Notes under the pieces: generated by a model
Told to the model about the DNA's origin: nothing
Seen by the model: only the letters and a program-made list of their open reading frames with translations
The model's database searches: none
Shown: positions 19,835 through 29,405 of the stretch, piece by piece
Layout: each line of letters starts with the position of its first letter
Numbering within the stretch: the stretch's first letter is position 1
Virus record (IMG/VR): IMGVR_UViG_3300042691_036629
Span: 53,500 to 117,499 of that record
DNA length: 64,000 bases
Strand: one strand, 5' to 3'
Source: a virus
Lineage: Duplodnaviria; Heunggongvirae; Uroviricota; Caudoviricetes
Program-made: the position numbers and the translations under genes

Positions 19835-20296
19835 TTATTTACATTTTTTTAAAATTTCTTTACAAGTTTCTAACCATTCAAAATGTTCAACATTTACCGG
19901 TTTACAAGGATCACCACTTCTAATAATAGCCCATAATTCATCCGGATCATCATCTAAATGAAAAATAAAGTTTTTACCTTCTAAAAACTCAATCTTATCA
20001 ACGTGTTCTGTAAATTGTATTCTTTCTCTTGGAATACCAACCAATTCAGCAACATCATATAACTCTTGATTTTGTTTTTCAACCCACCACCAACCCTTGG
20101 CTAAAGCTGGTTCAGTAGCACATCGACTTGTTACAATCCAAACTTCATAACCTTCATTTACTAGTTTGGTTGCGTATTCTTGTACATCTTTACGTGACAT
20201 AGTGCTATCAAAATCCATAGATATTTTATTTCTCTTCATATATAATATACTTTTTATTCTCATCATTACTGTATATAACTCGATAAACTTTAGCAT
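19835..20296 (-). CDS. HAD-superfamily 5'(3')-deoxyribonucleotidase-like protein (start probably at an internal Met)
   Basis: DFDST (DxDxT) motif near the N-terminus. An upstream TTTTTT run suggests the real start is near Met-20 or Met-27 (about 20239 or 20218). Confidence 0.45.
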   Translation of the reverse strand: MLKFIELYTVMMRIKSILYMKRNKISMDFDSTMSRKDVQEYATKLVNEGYEVWIVTSRCATEPALAKGWWWVEKQNQELYDVAELVGIPRERIQFTEHVDKIEFLEGKNFIFHLDDDPDELWAIIRSGDPCKPVNVEHFEWLETCKEILKKCK

Positions 20297-21059
20297 ATGT
20301 CATGTTAGTATTTTTAACTACATCCATTATACTATCATAGACAATATTACATTCAATATCTAAAACCTTAATACTATTAGTTGGTTTTTTTCTTTCTCTT
20401 TTTCTCCTTATTAGAATATCATCTATTTTAAGATCGGCATTTTTAAAAATCCATATAAAGTTAAATGCACTATTACTTTTATATCTAACATTACAGGAAA
20501 TGTTTTTCCTAGAAAATCCCAATTCCAATTCAATATCTTTAGCACTTTTCCATTCTTTGATAAAATTACCATCCAAATCATATTGCAATATTGGTTTTTT
20601 TATACTCTCTGCGTTATTTTTAATCCACTCTTCACTTTTATAAACCTTAGTCCCTCTTCTTTTTTCACTTGCTAAAATCTCTTTCTCCGTTCTTTTAGCC
20701 TTTTTCTTAGTTTCGGATATCATTTTTTTAGTTTTATCCGTATGTTTTAATCCACAAGATCCTTCACCACCAAGAGTTAAATTCATTCCAAATTTATAGT
20801 TGTATCTTCGAAAACTATTATATTCAATTATATACTTTGTCTCCAACTCAGATAAATATTCCTCACTACAAAAATCTTCAAATAGTATCTCAAAACTATG
20901 TTTATCCCAACCATATTTAACTAATGATTTATACAAAACTCTTTGTTTTTTACACCATAAACCTTTATAAGATCTTACTCTCTTTTCCAAATTAAAAGTT
21001 TTACCAATATAAATCCTGTTAGTTGGTGAAATTATTTTATAAATATATCCCTTTTCCAT
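20226..21059 (-). CDS. GIY-YIG homing endonuclease
   Basis: MEKGYIYKIISPTNRIYIGKT...R...E core, with a basic C-terminal DNA-binding region. Confidence 0.7.
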   Translation of the reverse strand: MEKGYIYKIISPTNRIYIGKTFNLEKRVRSYKGLWCKKQRVLYKSLVKYGWDKHSFEILFEDFCSEEYLSELETKYIIEYNSFRRYNYKFGMNLTLGGEGSCGLKHTDKTKKMISETKKKAKRTEKEILASEKRRGTKVYKSEEWIKNNAESIKKPILQYDLDGNFIKEWKSAKDIELELGFSRKNISCNVRYKSNSAFNFIWIFKNADLKIDDILIRRKRERKKPTNSIKVLDIECNIVYDSIMDVVKNTNMTYAKVYRVIYSNDENKKYIIYEEK

Positions 21060-21149
21060 AATAGTATATATTTATTATCAAAATCGAAAAGTTTCTTTTC
21101 ATAAAATGTGAAAAAATTTTTTTAAGTTAAACATTTTTATATATAAGTT

Positions 21150-22865
21150 ATGAGTAATATTTTAAGATATGATAGTTTCCTAAACGAGAGTAAACTCAAT
21201 TTACTACTTGAAGGTAATATGGTTTATAAAGATGATTTCAAAGAAATTTTGAAGTCGGTTAATAGTCCACTTTCAAAAGAGATTTTAGATTTAGAGGGTG
21301 TTGACGTTGATGTTGATACAAACTTTATTGATATTTCTGATGATAAAGACAACTTTATACAATTTAAATCCGATAAAAAGTCTAAAAACTCTTGTGTTAT
21401 AATTGATTTTGGCGCATCATTGTCTATCTTATCAAAAGAAATATTTACATCATTTGCTAAATTATTTGAAGATCCAAGAGTCGAAAAAGGTTTTTTGAAT
21501 TGGTATGAATTACTTCAAAGAAACCAAAAAGCTACTATTACTAAACAGATAACAAGTATTGATGATTTTAATGATGAGGATGTAAAAAATAGATTAAAAT
21601 GGTATCTTGATCAAGGACGTAAAATTTATCATATAAGATTTAATAGAAGTGGTGAGAATATTGATCTTATCATTGAAGATTATGGTCTTAAAATTGGTGA
21701 GGGAGCGGTTTCCTCACAAGAAGTTAGAGTTGGATCATTCGTTCAATCACTATTGAAGAAAGCTGGTAAAGAAGTTAAAGGAACTGAAGTTGAAGATTTT
21801 GTAACTAAGTTTTCAATTGCCACTAAAGCTAAAAAAGAAAATATATTCTCTGATTTTGAATTGGTTGAAGGTGATGATATTAAAAAGTTTTATTATGAAG
21901 GTAATTATTATCGAGGTGGTAATCATACTTTAGGAGCATCTTGTATGAGACATGCTAGATGTCAAGACTACTTAAACATATATTCTAAAAATCCTAAAAG
22001 TGTTGGATTAGTTATATTAAAATCTAAAGAAGATCCAACTAAAATTATAGGTAGAGCTCTTCTTTGGAAAAAACCAGAATATATGCCATGGGATGGTGGT
22101 GATGATGAAGGAGTAATAACGAAATATAATTTAGTAAAACATACCGAATCAGAAGGAAAACCATTTATGGATAGAATTTATGTGAGTAATTCACCAGACC
22201 AAGAATTGTTTATTAAATACGCAATTAAAATGGGATATGTTTATAAGAAAAATCAAAATATTTCAGAGGAAGAGTTTATGTTTAATGGTTCTGATTCAAA
22301 CATCGGAACAATTAAAGTTGATTTAGAAATGAACGGCTTTAGTAAATACCCTTATTTAGATACTCTTTGTTATTATGAATGGGATTATGGATTCTTAACA
22401 AATGAGCAAAAATTAGTAATAAATAGTAACTATTACGAACTAAGAGAAACTGATGGTGGTAATGGAGAAGAATGTGAAAGATGTGGTGGTGATGAAAGAA
22501 TTGATTGCTATGAATGTGAGGGTGATGGAAGATATGATTGTGAAGAATGTGGTGCCTCTGGTGAAGTAGAATGTTCTAATTGTGATGGACACGGTACTCT
22601 ACCTTGTGATAACTGCGAAGGAACTGGAAAAGAAGACTGTTCTAGTTGTGATGGAACTGGAGAAGATGATGAGGGAAATGAGTGTTCTTATTGTAGTGGA
22701 TCAGGTAAACAAGATTGTTCTGAATGTGAGGGTGACTGTACTAACGAATGTGATAGATGTGGTGGTGATGGTACCAGAGAGTGTGGTGATTGTGATGGTG
22801 AAGGTAGAATTTGGTGTAATCGATGTGATGGTGATGGTAGAATTGATTGTCCAGATTGTACATAA
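21150..22865 (+). CDS. SCM-core paralog family protein with C-terminal DnaJ-like CxxCxGxG zinc-finger array
   Basis: 571 aa. N-terminus MSNILRYDSFLNE. Contains HTLGASCMRH...VGLVILK...GRALLW...FMDRIYV...YPYLDTL, then about nine CxxCxGxG repeats. Confidence 0.55.
   Translation: MSNILRYDSFLNESKLNLLLEGNMVYKDDFKEILKSVNSPLSKEILDLEGVDVDVDTNFIDISDDKDNFIQFKSDKKSKNSCVIIDFGASLSILSKEIFTSFAKLFEDPRVEKGFLNWYELLQRNQKATITKQITSIDDFNDEDVKNRLKWYLDQGRKIYHIRFNRSGENIDLIIEDYGLKIGEGAVSSQEVRVGSFVQSLLKKAGKEVKGTEVEDFVTKFSIATKAKKENIFSDFELVEGDDIKKFYYEGNYYRGGNHTLGASCMRHARCQDYLNIYSKNPKSVGLVILKSKEDPTKIIGRALLWKKPEYMPWDGGDDEGVITKYNLVKHTESEGKPFMDRIYVSNSPDQELFIKYAIKMGYVYKKNQNISEEEFMFNGSDSNIGTIKVDLEMNGFSKYPYLDTLCYYEWDYGFLTNEQKLVINSNYYELRETDGGNGEECERCGGDERIDCYECEGDGRYDCEECGASGEVECSNCDGHGTLPCDNCEGTGKEDCSSCDGTGEDDEGNECSYCSGSGKQDCSECEGDCTNECDRCGGDGTRECGDCDGEGRIWCNRCDGDGRIDCPDCT
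22465..22860 (+). repeat. coding tandem array of about 9 Cys-rich CxxC(x)GxG units
   Basis: Repeated TGTGA(A/T)GGTGATGG...TGT units. The antisense ORF at 22701..22889 is an artefact of this repeat. Confidence 0.7.
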
Positions 22866-22880
22866 AATATAAAGATAAAT

Positions 22881-23264
22881 ATGAAACACTTAAAAAAGTT
22901 TAATGAGAATATTGAAGATGATAGTTTTGACTACGACTATGTAAAATTATGCTTTATTGATTTAATAGAGTCTGATAAAATCAAATATATTGATGATGAA
23001 GATTTTGTTTTAATAGAGTTTGAAAAGTTACCAGAGCCAAAAGTAGATTATCGAAATAATTGGGATGGATCACCTCTTATGAAAATTGAAGATTATATAA
23101 AAGATCTCCAAATTACAAAAGATATAATGAATGATATAAATAGTGGTATTAAAAAAGTAAAAGATGAATATCCAAATTACGAATGTGTAATAACATATGA
23201 TGATGGTATGGAATATGGAGAACTTATTAGAAATCCACAAATAAAAGTATCTATATTTGAATAA
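22881..23264 (+). CDS. hypothetical protein, MKHLKKFNE N-terminal family
   Basis: 127-aa acidic ORF. Confidence 0.45.
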   Translation: MKHLKKFNENIEDDSFDYDYVKLCFIDLIESDKIKYIDDEDFVLIEFEKLPEPKVDYRNNWDGSPLMKIEDYIKDLQITKDIMNDINSGIKKVKDEYPNYECVITYDDGMEYGELIRNPQIKVSIFE

Positions 23265-23272
23265 CTATAAAC

Positions 23273-23302
23273 AAAAAACCCACTCAATTGAGTGGGTTTT
23301 TT
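23273..23302. terminator. bidirectional rho-independent terminator
   Basis: AAAAAACCCACTCA-ATT-GAGTGGGTTTTTT between convergent genes. Confidence 0.7.
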
Positions 23303-23350
23303 AACGAGTGAATAAAGAAATTAGTTTACAAGTTTGGTGCCTTGTTTAAA

Positions 23351-24931
23351 TTAAACTAATTCAGGTTGTTCTTTAGAAACAAGATCCTCTAACTTCCCAC
23401 GTATGATGGTCAAAGTCGTTTCGTTATAGAACTTACCATCTTTGAAGATAACTTTCAGCTCATTATCTTCCGAGTTAACATCATCCCAAGTACATTTATC
23501 AATTAATGTAAACTCACCATCAACTTTAACTACTTTTAGTAATCCAGTTGCTGATTTTTTAGTACCATCATCAGTGATAGGGTCTTTAAAGATGTTGATA
23601 CCTTCAACATCACCATCAACTTCAATTTCGATGTAGGTTGCTTTTTGAGCCATACCATGTGTATCGCGTGTTACCATCTGAAGTGAATAGGATCCCACAC
23701 CGAGAACGATGTTTGTTGTTGCAAATCCTTTAGCTGATAATCTTTCATAAATACTCTCAGCTCTCTTATAGTTAATAGAGTCACCATAGATAGCACCAAT
23801 GTGTGAGTCTAATTTTTTATATCCGGTTGATGTTTCAGTACCACCAAAGATATCCCATAATAACTCGATAACACCTTTATATTGAGGTTGTTTGTATCTT
23901 TCATTATAAGAAGACATATCTGGAGTTATGCTACCACAAATAATATCTACTGGATCACCAGAGTCAGGACGGATAACAAGTTTGCCATCTCTTGCTAAAA
24001 TTTCATCTTTTAATATTTGACAGTACTCCGTAATAACTCTCCATAAATCCCAAGTATCAGATACTAATGACAATATTCCAGTTGGAAAAGTTCTTAATAA
24101 ATACCTAAATGTCTCAACTTCAAAGTTACCAACCTTATCCCAAGAACCATCTTTAGTCTTAATGAAAAATCCAGTCAATGAACACATAATAGCATGTTCA
24201 GATGCGATAACAGAGTTGATACAAACATCTTTTTCATCATAATACATTCTAGCAGCTGGTATAACAGGTAGTGTATCTGAACCTCTCGAACAAGTAGCAA
24301 ATCCTAAACCACTATTAACAATAGCTGATTTACCACCCATACCTCTCATTGAGAAATCATGATTTTGATAGTCAACAAACCACAAACTCTCCGGATCTGT
24401 TTTTGTGATCCACTTTGTTGATAACTCTCTTAATGCGAATGATAGCGTCGCTGAAGTTGGTGCTTGCCAAGATTCAGCAGAATTAATAGTTTCTAAGTAA
24501 TTAACTATCCAGTCAAAAACTTGACCATTTAAAGGTTTAGTATTAACGATAGTCGATAATGGTATTTTATACGGAATTCTCTCACCTTCAGTGATTGCTC
24601 TAAACTCAATCGGAAGATATCCCAATTTATGTAGTTCTTTGAAGTGAGTAACATCAAAAGGATCACTCAGCATTAACATATCTGTTAAATCCTTCCCAAA
24701 TTGATCGATTTCTTCAATTGGTCTTTGAAAAAAGTTAACATCCCAATCTTGTTTCATTTTTCTCACCATCATTTGTTGACCAAACGAAACAATTTTACCA
24801 TTATTTGGACAATTGCTATATTTACCACTCCTTGGTGTAAAATTTGATTGCATCAAAACACTACCCACTGGTAGCATTGGTTTGTGTCCTGTTTTATACA
24901 CATCGGTATAATAAATTTCTAAAAAGTTCAT
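23351..24931 (-). CDS. nicotinamide phosphoribosyltransferase (Nampt/NadV-like; possibly Namat-type)
   Basis: 526 aa. Conserved LVIRPDSGDP active-site block of the Nampt family. Confidence 0.75.
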   Translation of the reverse strand: MNFLEIYYTDVYKTGHKPMLPVGSVLMQSNFTPRSGKYSNCPNNGKIVSFGQQMMVRKMKQDWDVNFFQRPIEEIDQFGKDLTDMLMLSDPFDVTHFKELHKLGYLPIEFRAITEGERIPYKIPLSTIVNTKPLNGQVFDWIVNYLETINSAESWQAPTSATLSFALRELSTKWITKTDPESLWFVDYQNHDFSMRGMGGKSAIVNSGLGFATCSRGSDTLPVIPAARMYYDEKDVCINSVIASEHAIMCSLTGFFIKTKDGSWDKVGNFEVETFRYLLRTFPTGILSLVSDTWDLWRVITEYCQILKDEILARDGKLVIRPDSGDPVDIICGSITPDMSSYNERYKQPQYKGVIELLWDIFGGTETSTGYKKLDSHIGAIYGDSINYKRAESIYERLSAKGFATTNIVLGVGSYSLQMVTRDTHGMAQKATYIEIEVDGDVEGINIFKDPITDDGTKKSATGLLKVVKVDGEFTLIDKCTWDDVNSEDNELKVIFKDGKFYNETTLTIIRGKLEDLVSKEQPELV

Positions 24932-24966
24932 AGTTTTTATTTTTTATAAAGATAATAATTATTCTA

Positions 24967-25950
24967 TTATTCCAAAACATTTTTGTTGAAAATTTCAGTA
25001 CTCCATTTTTTATAAACTCTACTATCTATATTATCATTTAATATTTTACTCTCCATGATATATGATTCATATAAAGACATTTCCTTTTCAAATAAAATCT
25101 CAACATCTTTTATAAAACCTTTAGATTTACTCTTCAATGACTTTATTCTACTTTCAACCGAAACTGTTGTTATTCCTATTTTATAATAATCACCATTATT
25201 TATTCTCAAATAATATAATTTAGATTTTTTATCCTTTAATTCTGGTTTATCTTCAAATAATTTCTCAGTGTAACCACCAACTAAAATATTATTAAAAACC
25301 ATATTCTTAATTTTACACTCAAAACAATATTGACCGCTTTGGTGTTTTTGAACACTCTTAACAAATAGCCCATGATCCGGACAAATTATATCTATTTTCG
25401 ACCTCTTGTTAATATAAGTATCTCTATTATATTCAGGATAAATATATTTATCATTATAAATATTTGATAATTTTTCTATAACATCATCATAGGTTTGTGT
25501 TTTATTGAGTACTCTATTATCATTAGCACATAATTTACACCCATAGGTGTTATTACTTAATAAATGTATATTCGGTTTTGTATAAAAATCACCATGTTCT
25601 GAACAAGTTATTTTTATATAATCACCAACAAACCCATTGTAGTTTGATAAATCGTATTTGAATTTATCACCAAACTTCTCATAACATCTACCCAAGAACT
25701 CATCTTTTGAAATGATATTTGGACCCTTTACATAATCTCTTTTTATTTTCTTTTTTTCAATTTCCCAACATAATTTACATCCATATTTTGAACGTAAATG
25801 CTTATCAGGTGTTTGAAAAAAATCTTTATGTACTGGGCATATGATTATAGATTTAGTTTTAGCATTCACATAATTAAACTTACTATAATCAAATTTATTA
25901 CCAAATTTAACTATCGATTTTTTTATAAATTCTTCTAACATAAGTATCAC
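24967..25950 (-). CDS. Zn-finger repeat protein with C-terminal GIY-YIG-like/T5orf172-like domain (putative homing endonuclease)
   Basis: Three CPxHGxF...GCKLC-type units, then YYLRINNGDYYKIGITT. Confidence 0.45.
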   Translation of the reverse strand: MILMLEEFIKKSIVKFGNKFDYSKFNYVNAKTKSIIICPVHKDFFQTPDKHLRSKYGCKLCWEIEKKKIKRDYVKGPNIISKDEFLGRCYEKFGDKFKYDLSNYNGFVGDYIKITCSEHGDFYTKPNIHLLSNNTYGCKLCANDNRVLNKTQTYDDVIEKLSNIYNDKYIYPEYNRDTYINKRSKIDIICPDHGLFVKSVQKHQSGQYCFECKIKNMVFNNILVGGYTEKLFEDKPELKDKKSKLYYLRINNGDYYKIGITTVSVESRIKSLKSKSKGFIKDVEILFEKEMSLYESYIMESKILNDNIDSRVYKKWSTEIFNKNVLE

Positions 25951-25986
25951 TTCTTTTATACTTATATATATAAGAACCTATTACCT

Positions 25987-26844
25987 CTAAAATAATTTAG
26001 ATTTCCAGTCTTTATTTTCTTCAATAAGAGATATTTTTTGTAGATAATCAACTACTAATTCATAATCATTAACATCATTATCACCAGTGTAGTTCCATTC
26101 TACTTCATTCAACCAAGTAGAAGCTTGATCTTTTTCTAAGTTATATCTCCAAGAAATTTCATTTGAATAGAAATCATGTAATGATGGGTTTTTAATCTCA
26201 TTTGCGACACCACCAACGACTTTCATAACTTCTCTTAACAAATCTTTGTGTTGTTCATAGATCTCGTTTCTAACAGCAACTACGAAACAGGGCCAAGGTG
26301 TTACAACTTCACCGATACATTTACATTTCTCTGCTTTAACAAATGGATAAGTTGTAAACTTTTCCCATAAGAAAACATCAGACTGCCCATTCTCTAAAGC
26401 CCATAAACCACCATAAACATCACCAACAACTTCAAACTTTAAATCATCGGTATTCCAACCTCTTTGAAATGAGTTTACATAAGCCATTAAGTGTGAACCA
26501 GAACCTTCTCTTGAGATAGCAAATGTTTTACCTTTGATATCATCAGAAGTTTTCATTTCTGAATTAAAAGGTACGTGAATACCCCATCGTAATGGACTTT
26601 TAACATAAACTGTTAATATTTTGGCATCCAAACCATCTAAAATTGCTTTTGTAATTCCTTCAGTAAGAAGAACTGCGATGTCAATTGAACCTGCTTGTAA
26701 ACCTTTAATCATTTGACCAGTACCACCAGTCATATCAGACCAGTGTAGATTTACATCTAAATCATTTAATCTTCCTTCTTCAATGGCTAAACGCCAAGGT
26801 AAGTTGAAGTGTTCGGGAACACCTCCTATTTTAAAGTTTTTCAT
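25987..26844 (-). CDS. hypothetical protein (periplasmic-binding-fold/NMT1-like?)
   Basis: 285-aa ORF sitting between the Nampt-like and Prs-like genes. Assignment is weak. Confidence 0.35.
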   Translation of the reverse strand: MKNFKIGGVPEHFNLPWRLAIEEGRLNDLDVNLHWSDMTGGTGQMIKGLQAGSIDIAVLLTEGITKAILDGLDAKILTVYVKSPLRWGIHVPFNSEMKTSDDIKGKTFAISREGSGSHLMAYVNSFQRGWNTDDLKFEVVGDVYGGLWALENGQSDVFLWEKFTTYPFVKAEKCKCIGEVVTPWPCFVVAVRNEIYEQHKDLLREVMKVVGGVANEIKNPSLHDFYSNEISWRYNLEKDQASTWLNEVEWNYTGDNDVNDYELVVDYLQKISLIEENKDWKSKLF

Positions 26845-26849
26845 ATCTT

Positions 26850-27623
26850 TTATATAATACTTTTATAATCAATCAATTCTAAATTATTTAGAACATAATA
26901 GTCATACTTACTATTAGTAGTAAATATCTTATCATAACACTCAAGACTTGTATTTGGATCTTGAATAGTCATATGACTAACTGCTAAGTATATCTTACCA
27001 ACATTTCTCTCCTTTAACATATTCAATAGACCTATAAATGTACCACCCTTTACACATAAATCATCCAATACTAATATATCTCTACCACCAAAATCAGAAC
27101 AATCAATAACTTGCTTCAAATCATGTGTTTTTAAATCTCTAGACTTACTAGCACAATAAACATCACCATTAAATCCTATTTTATCAACTAATTTATTTAT
27201 CCATTTAAATGAACCAGCATCTGTTGAAAATAATATTGGATTAGAATCAATTCTACTTAAAACACTTGATATAAATTTAGAATTATCAACAACTCTAATA
27301 TTATTCAATCCCATTTGAGTGGAATCAGAATGTGGATGGAAAACATAAACTTTACTAAAATTACATGAGTTGATAAAGTCACAAACTATCTTTAGTTCAA
27401 ATGATTGATTATCAAAAAATCTACGGTCATGTTGCTGTTGAAACATACATGGTATAAATAACTCAACATCTTTAATTCCATTAAAATCACAAACCTCTTT
27501 GATGGATTTTATGAAAAAAAGGTCCTCATATGAATTTATTCTTTCGGTTATTATAGGTTCACTAAAATCCTCTACTTCAACATAAAAGCTACCATCCGGA
27601 TATTTCTTTTTTAAATATTTCAT
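26850..27623 (-). CDS. ribose-phosphate pyrophosphokinase (Prs)-like protein (possibly Adps-type)
   Basis: PCMFQQQHDRRF aligns to PYfgYaRQDRK. ILVLDDLCVKGGTF resembles the PRPP-binding loop. At 257 aa it is shorter than canonical Prs. Confidence 0.6.
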   Translation of the reverse strand: MKYLKKKYPDGSFYVEVEDFSEPIITERINSYEDLFFIKSIKEVCDFNGIKDVELFIPCMFQQQHDRRFFDNQSFELKIVCDFINSCNFSKVYVFHPHSDSTQMGLNNIRVVDNSKFISSVLSRIDSNPILFSTDAGSFKWINKLVDKIGFNGDVYCASKSRDLKTHDLKQVIDCSDFGGRDILVLDDLCVKGGTFIGLLNMLKERNVGKIYLAVSHMTIQDPNTSLECYDKIFTTNSKYDYYVLNNLELIDYKSII

Positions 27624-28408
27624 AATAATTCTTCTTTAAATAAAACTGACTCTTTTAATCTTCTCAATAATTTATACTTTATTCCTAAAACTCTACTAAT
27701 CCTAAGTAAAGGAACTTTATTATACAATAAATCCTTTATCTCATCAACCCTATCTAAAATAGATCCCATCTCACATTTATCACCATGCCATCTATTATAA
27801 TTAGCAGAGTCACACTCAACATTACAAATATAACAAATTTTTTTATTTTCTTCTATACCCTTTTTTATTTTTTCAATCTCATCATTGGATAATTCTCTAT
27901 TCTTATTCCAAGGTATTTTTCCCTTACCTGCTTCTGATATTTTTTTTCTATGTTCATCTGAAAAAGTTCGACCAGAATGTGATTTATTTCCAAATCTAGC
28001 TTTTATTAAATTTTTCTTCCACTCACCATCAATTACTTTACCAATGTGTGATTTAGATGCCTTCTTCCTAGACTCTTCACTCCAAACTCTTTTTATTTGA
28101 CCATCACCACCATCTGTCATATTTACTAAATTACCTAAACCTAGATCCTTTCTACCATAAAATAAAATCAGATTTTTTTCTAGACTTTTCACATATTCAT
28201 AATCATCGGTCTCACATACTATCTCAATTGAATAATCATCATTCAATAAAGAAACTGTATTTAACCAATGTTTATTTCTCCTTTTTTTATTAAAAGCCCT
28301 ACTATACTTATTATAAGTTATATCAGATTTATTTTTTGTCCCTATACCAATATAGAAAATGATATTACTATCATTTCTTATATGTTTATATAAATAATGT
28401 TTTCCCAT
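27620..28408 (-). CDS. GIY-YIG homing endonuclease
   Basis: HYLYKHIRNDSNIIFYIGIG...R...E, followed by basic repeat tracts. Confidence 0.55.
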   Translation of the reverse strand: MGKHYLYKHIRNDSNIIFYIGIGTKNKSDITYNKYSRAFNKKRRNKHWLNTVSLLNDDYSIEIVCETDDYEYVKSLEKNLILFYGRKDLGLGNLVNMTDGGDGQIKRVWSEESRKKASKSHIGKVIDGEWKKNLIKARFGNKSHSGRTFSDEHRKKISEAGKGKIPWNKNRELSNDEIEKIKKGIEENKKICYICNVECDSANYNRWHGDKCEMGSILDRVDEIKDLLYNKVPLLRISRVLGIKYKLLRRLKESVLFKEELL

Positions 28409-28446
28409 TATCTATATATAAAAAACTTACTCCCTCAGACGGGAAA

Positions 28447-28806
28447 TTATTTTAATAATTCTTTTAATTTTTTATCTCTGATTTTACCTTTTACCAATTC
28501 ATCACTATGTGAGCCAACTATATCTTTGAATTTAAAAGTAACAATTAAATCTTTGTGTTCATGATTATAACTCCATCTCGCAGGAGCGAAATGTAAAGTC
28601 TGAATCTCACAATTCAAGAATACCCAAGTGTAATGTCTTTTCATACACACCATTTTATCAATTTCCGGAAATGATTTTAAGTAATTTAAATCATCTTCAA
28701 CACAATCATAAAGATGAAGTACAACAGTTCCGGCTTTTTTTAATTCTGATGCTTTCCCAAGCATATCCATGGTTTTGTATTCTCGTTCTCCTATTTTAAT
28801 ATTCAT
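28447..28806 (-). CDS. hypothetical protein, C-terminal tail IRDKKLKELLK
   Basis: 119-aa ORF carrying a tail-motif variant. Confidence 0.4.
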   Translation of the reverse strand: MNIKIGEREYKTMDMLGKASELKKAGTVVLHLYDCVEDDLNYLKSFPEIDKMVCMKRHYTWVFLNCEIQTLHFAPARWSYNHEHKDLIVTFKFKDIVGSHSDELVKGKIRDKKLKELLK

Positions 28807-28808
28807 AA

Positions 28809-29405
28809 TTAAAATTTTAAAATACCATCCAATCTATTACTACGATTTAATGTTTTCATACTCTTATTGATAACATCAATATTATCTTTTATTTTATCAA
28901 ATATTTTCTGATTTTTATCTTCATAATATTTGATAATATAATCCCATGCAAATATAGTAACATCTTTCTTAATTTGGTGTTTTGTTGTACTTTTTATGTA
29001 TAGATGATGTTCTGTATTACCGACACCTAATTGTGTTCTACCAATTCGACAAGTTGAAAATTCAACTTGTTTACCATCGTAACAATTTAATGAAATATAC
29101 ATACAATATTCACCATCATGTGACTCAATCAAAACCGTCCAATATGAATAAGTATCCGTACAATAATCATCATCAATCTTTACCTTCCAGTTTTCTAACT
29201 TTATGTTCTCCATAAAATTATAAAATGTTTTATAATCAGGTTCGATATCTTCATATTGAGGCTCTTCAGGTATATTAGCAACTATCTTAACATCTTTATA
29301 CTTTTCAATAACCTCTTCACTTTCTTTCTTTACTTTTAATAACTCTGAATATTTCACAAATAGAAAAACTTGTGATGCTATCAATAACAATACTAAAACT
29401 ATCAT
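28809..29405 (-). CDS. hypothetical membrane-anchored protein
   Basis: 198 aa with an N-terminal TM segment. Its ATG is embedded in the upstream gene's GGTATATGA tail. Confidence 0.4.
   Translation of the reverse strand: MIVLVLLLIASQVFLFVKYSELLKVKKESEEVIEKYKDVKIVANIPEEPQYEDIEPDYKTFYNFMENIKLENWKVKIDDDYCTDTYSYWTVLIESHDGEYCMYISLNCYDGKQVEFSTCRIGRTQLGVGNTEHHLYIKSTTKHQIKKDVTIFAWDYIIKYYEDKNQKIFDKIKDNIDVINKSMKTLNRSNRLDGILKF

Noticed and set aside
22701-22889. Minus-strand 62-aa ORF (TITIT-rich) and plus-strand ORF 22582..22872 overlapping the 3' end of gene 21150..22865
   Set aside because: Both lie entirely inside the Cys-codon tandem repeat (TGTGATGG...). They are low-complexity translations in alternative frames of a clearly coding region, and the sense frame carries the conserved CxxCxGxG units.
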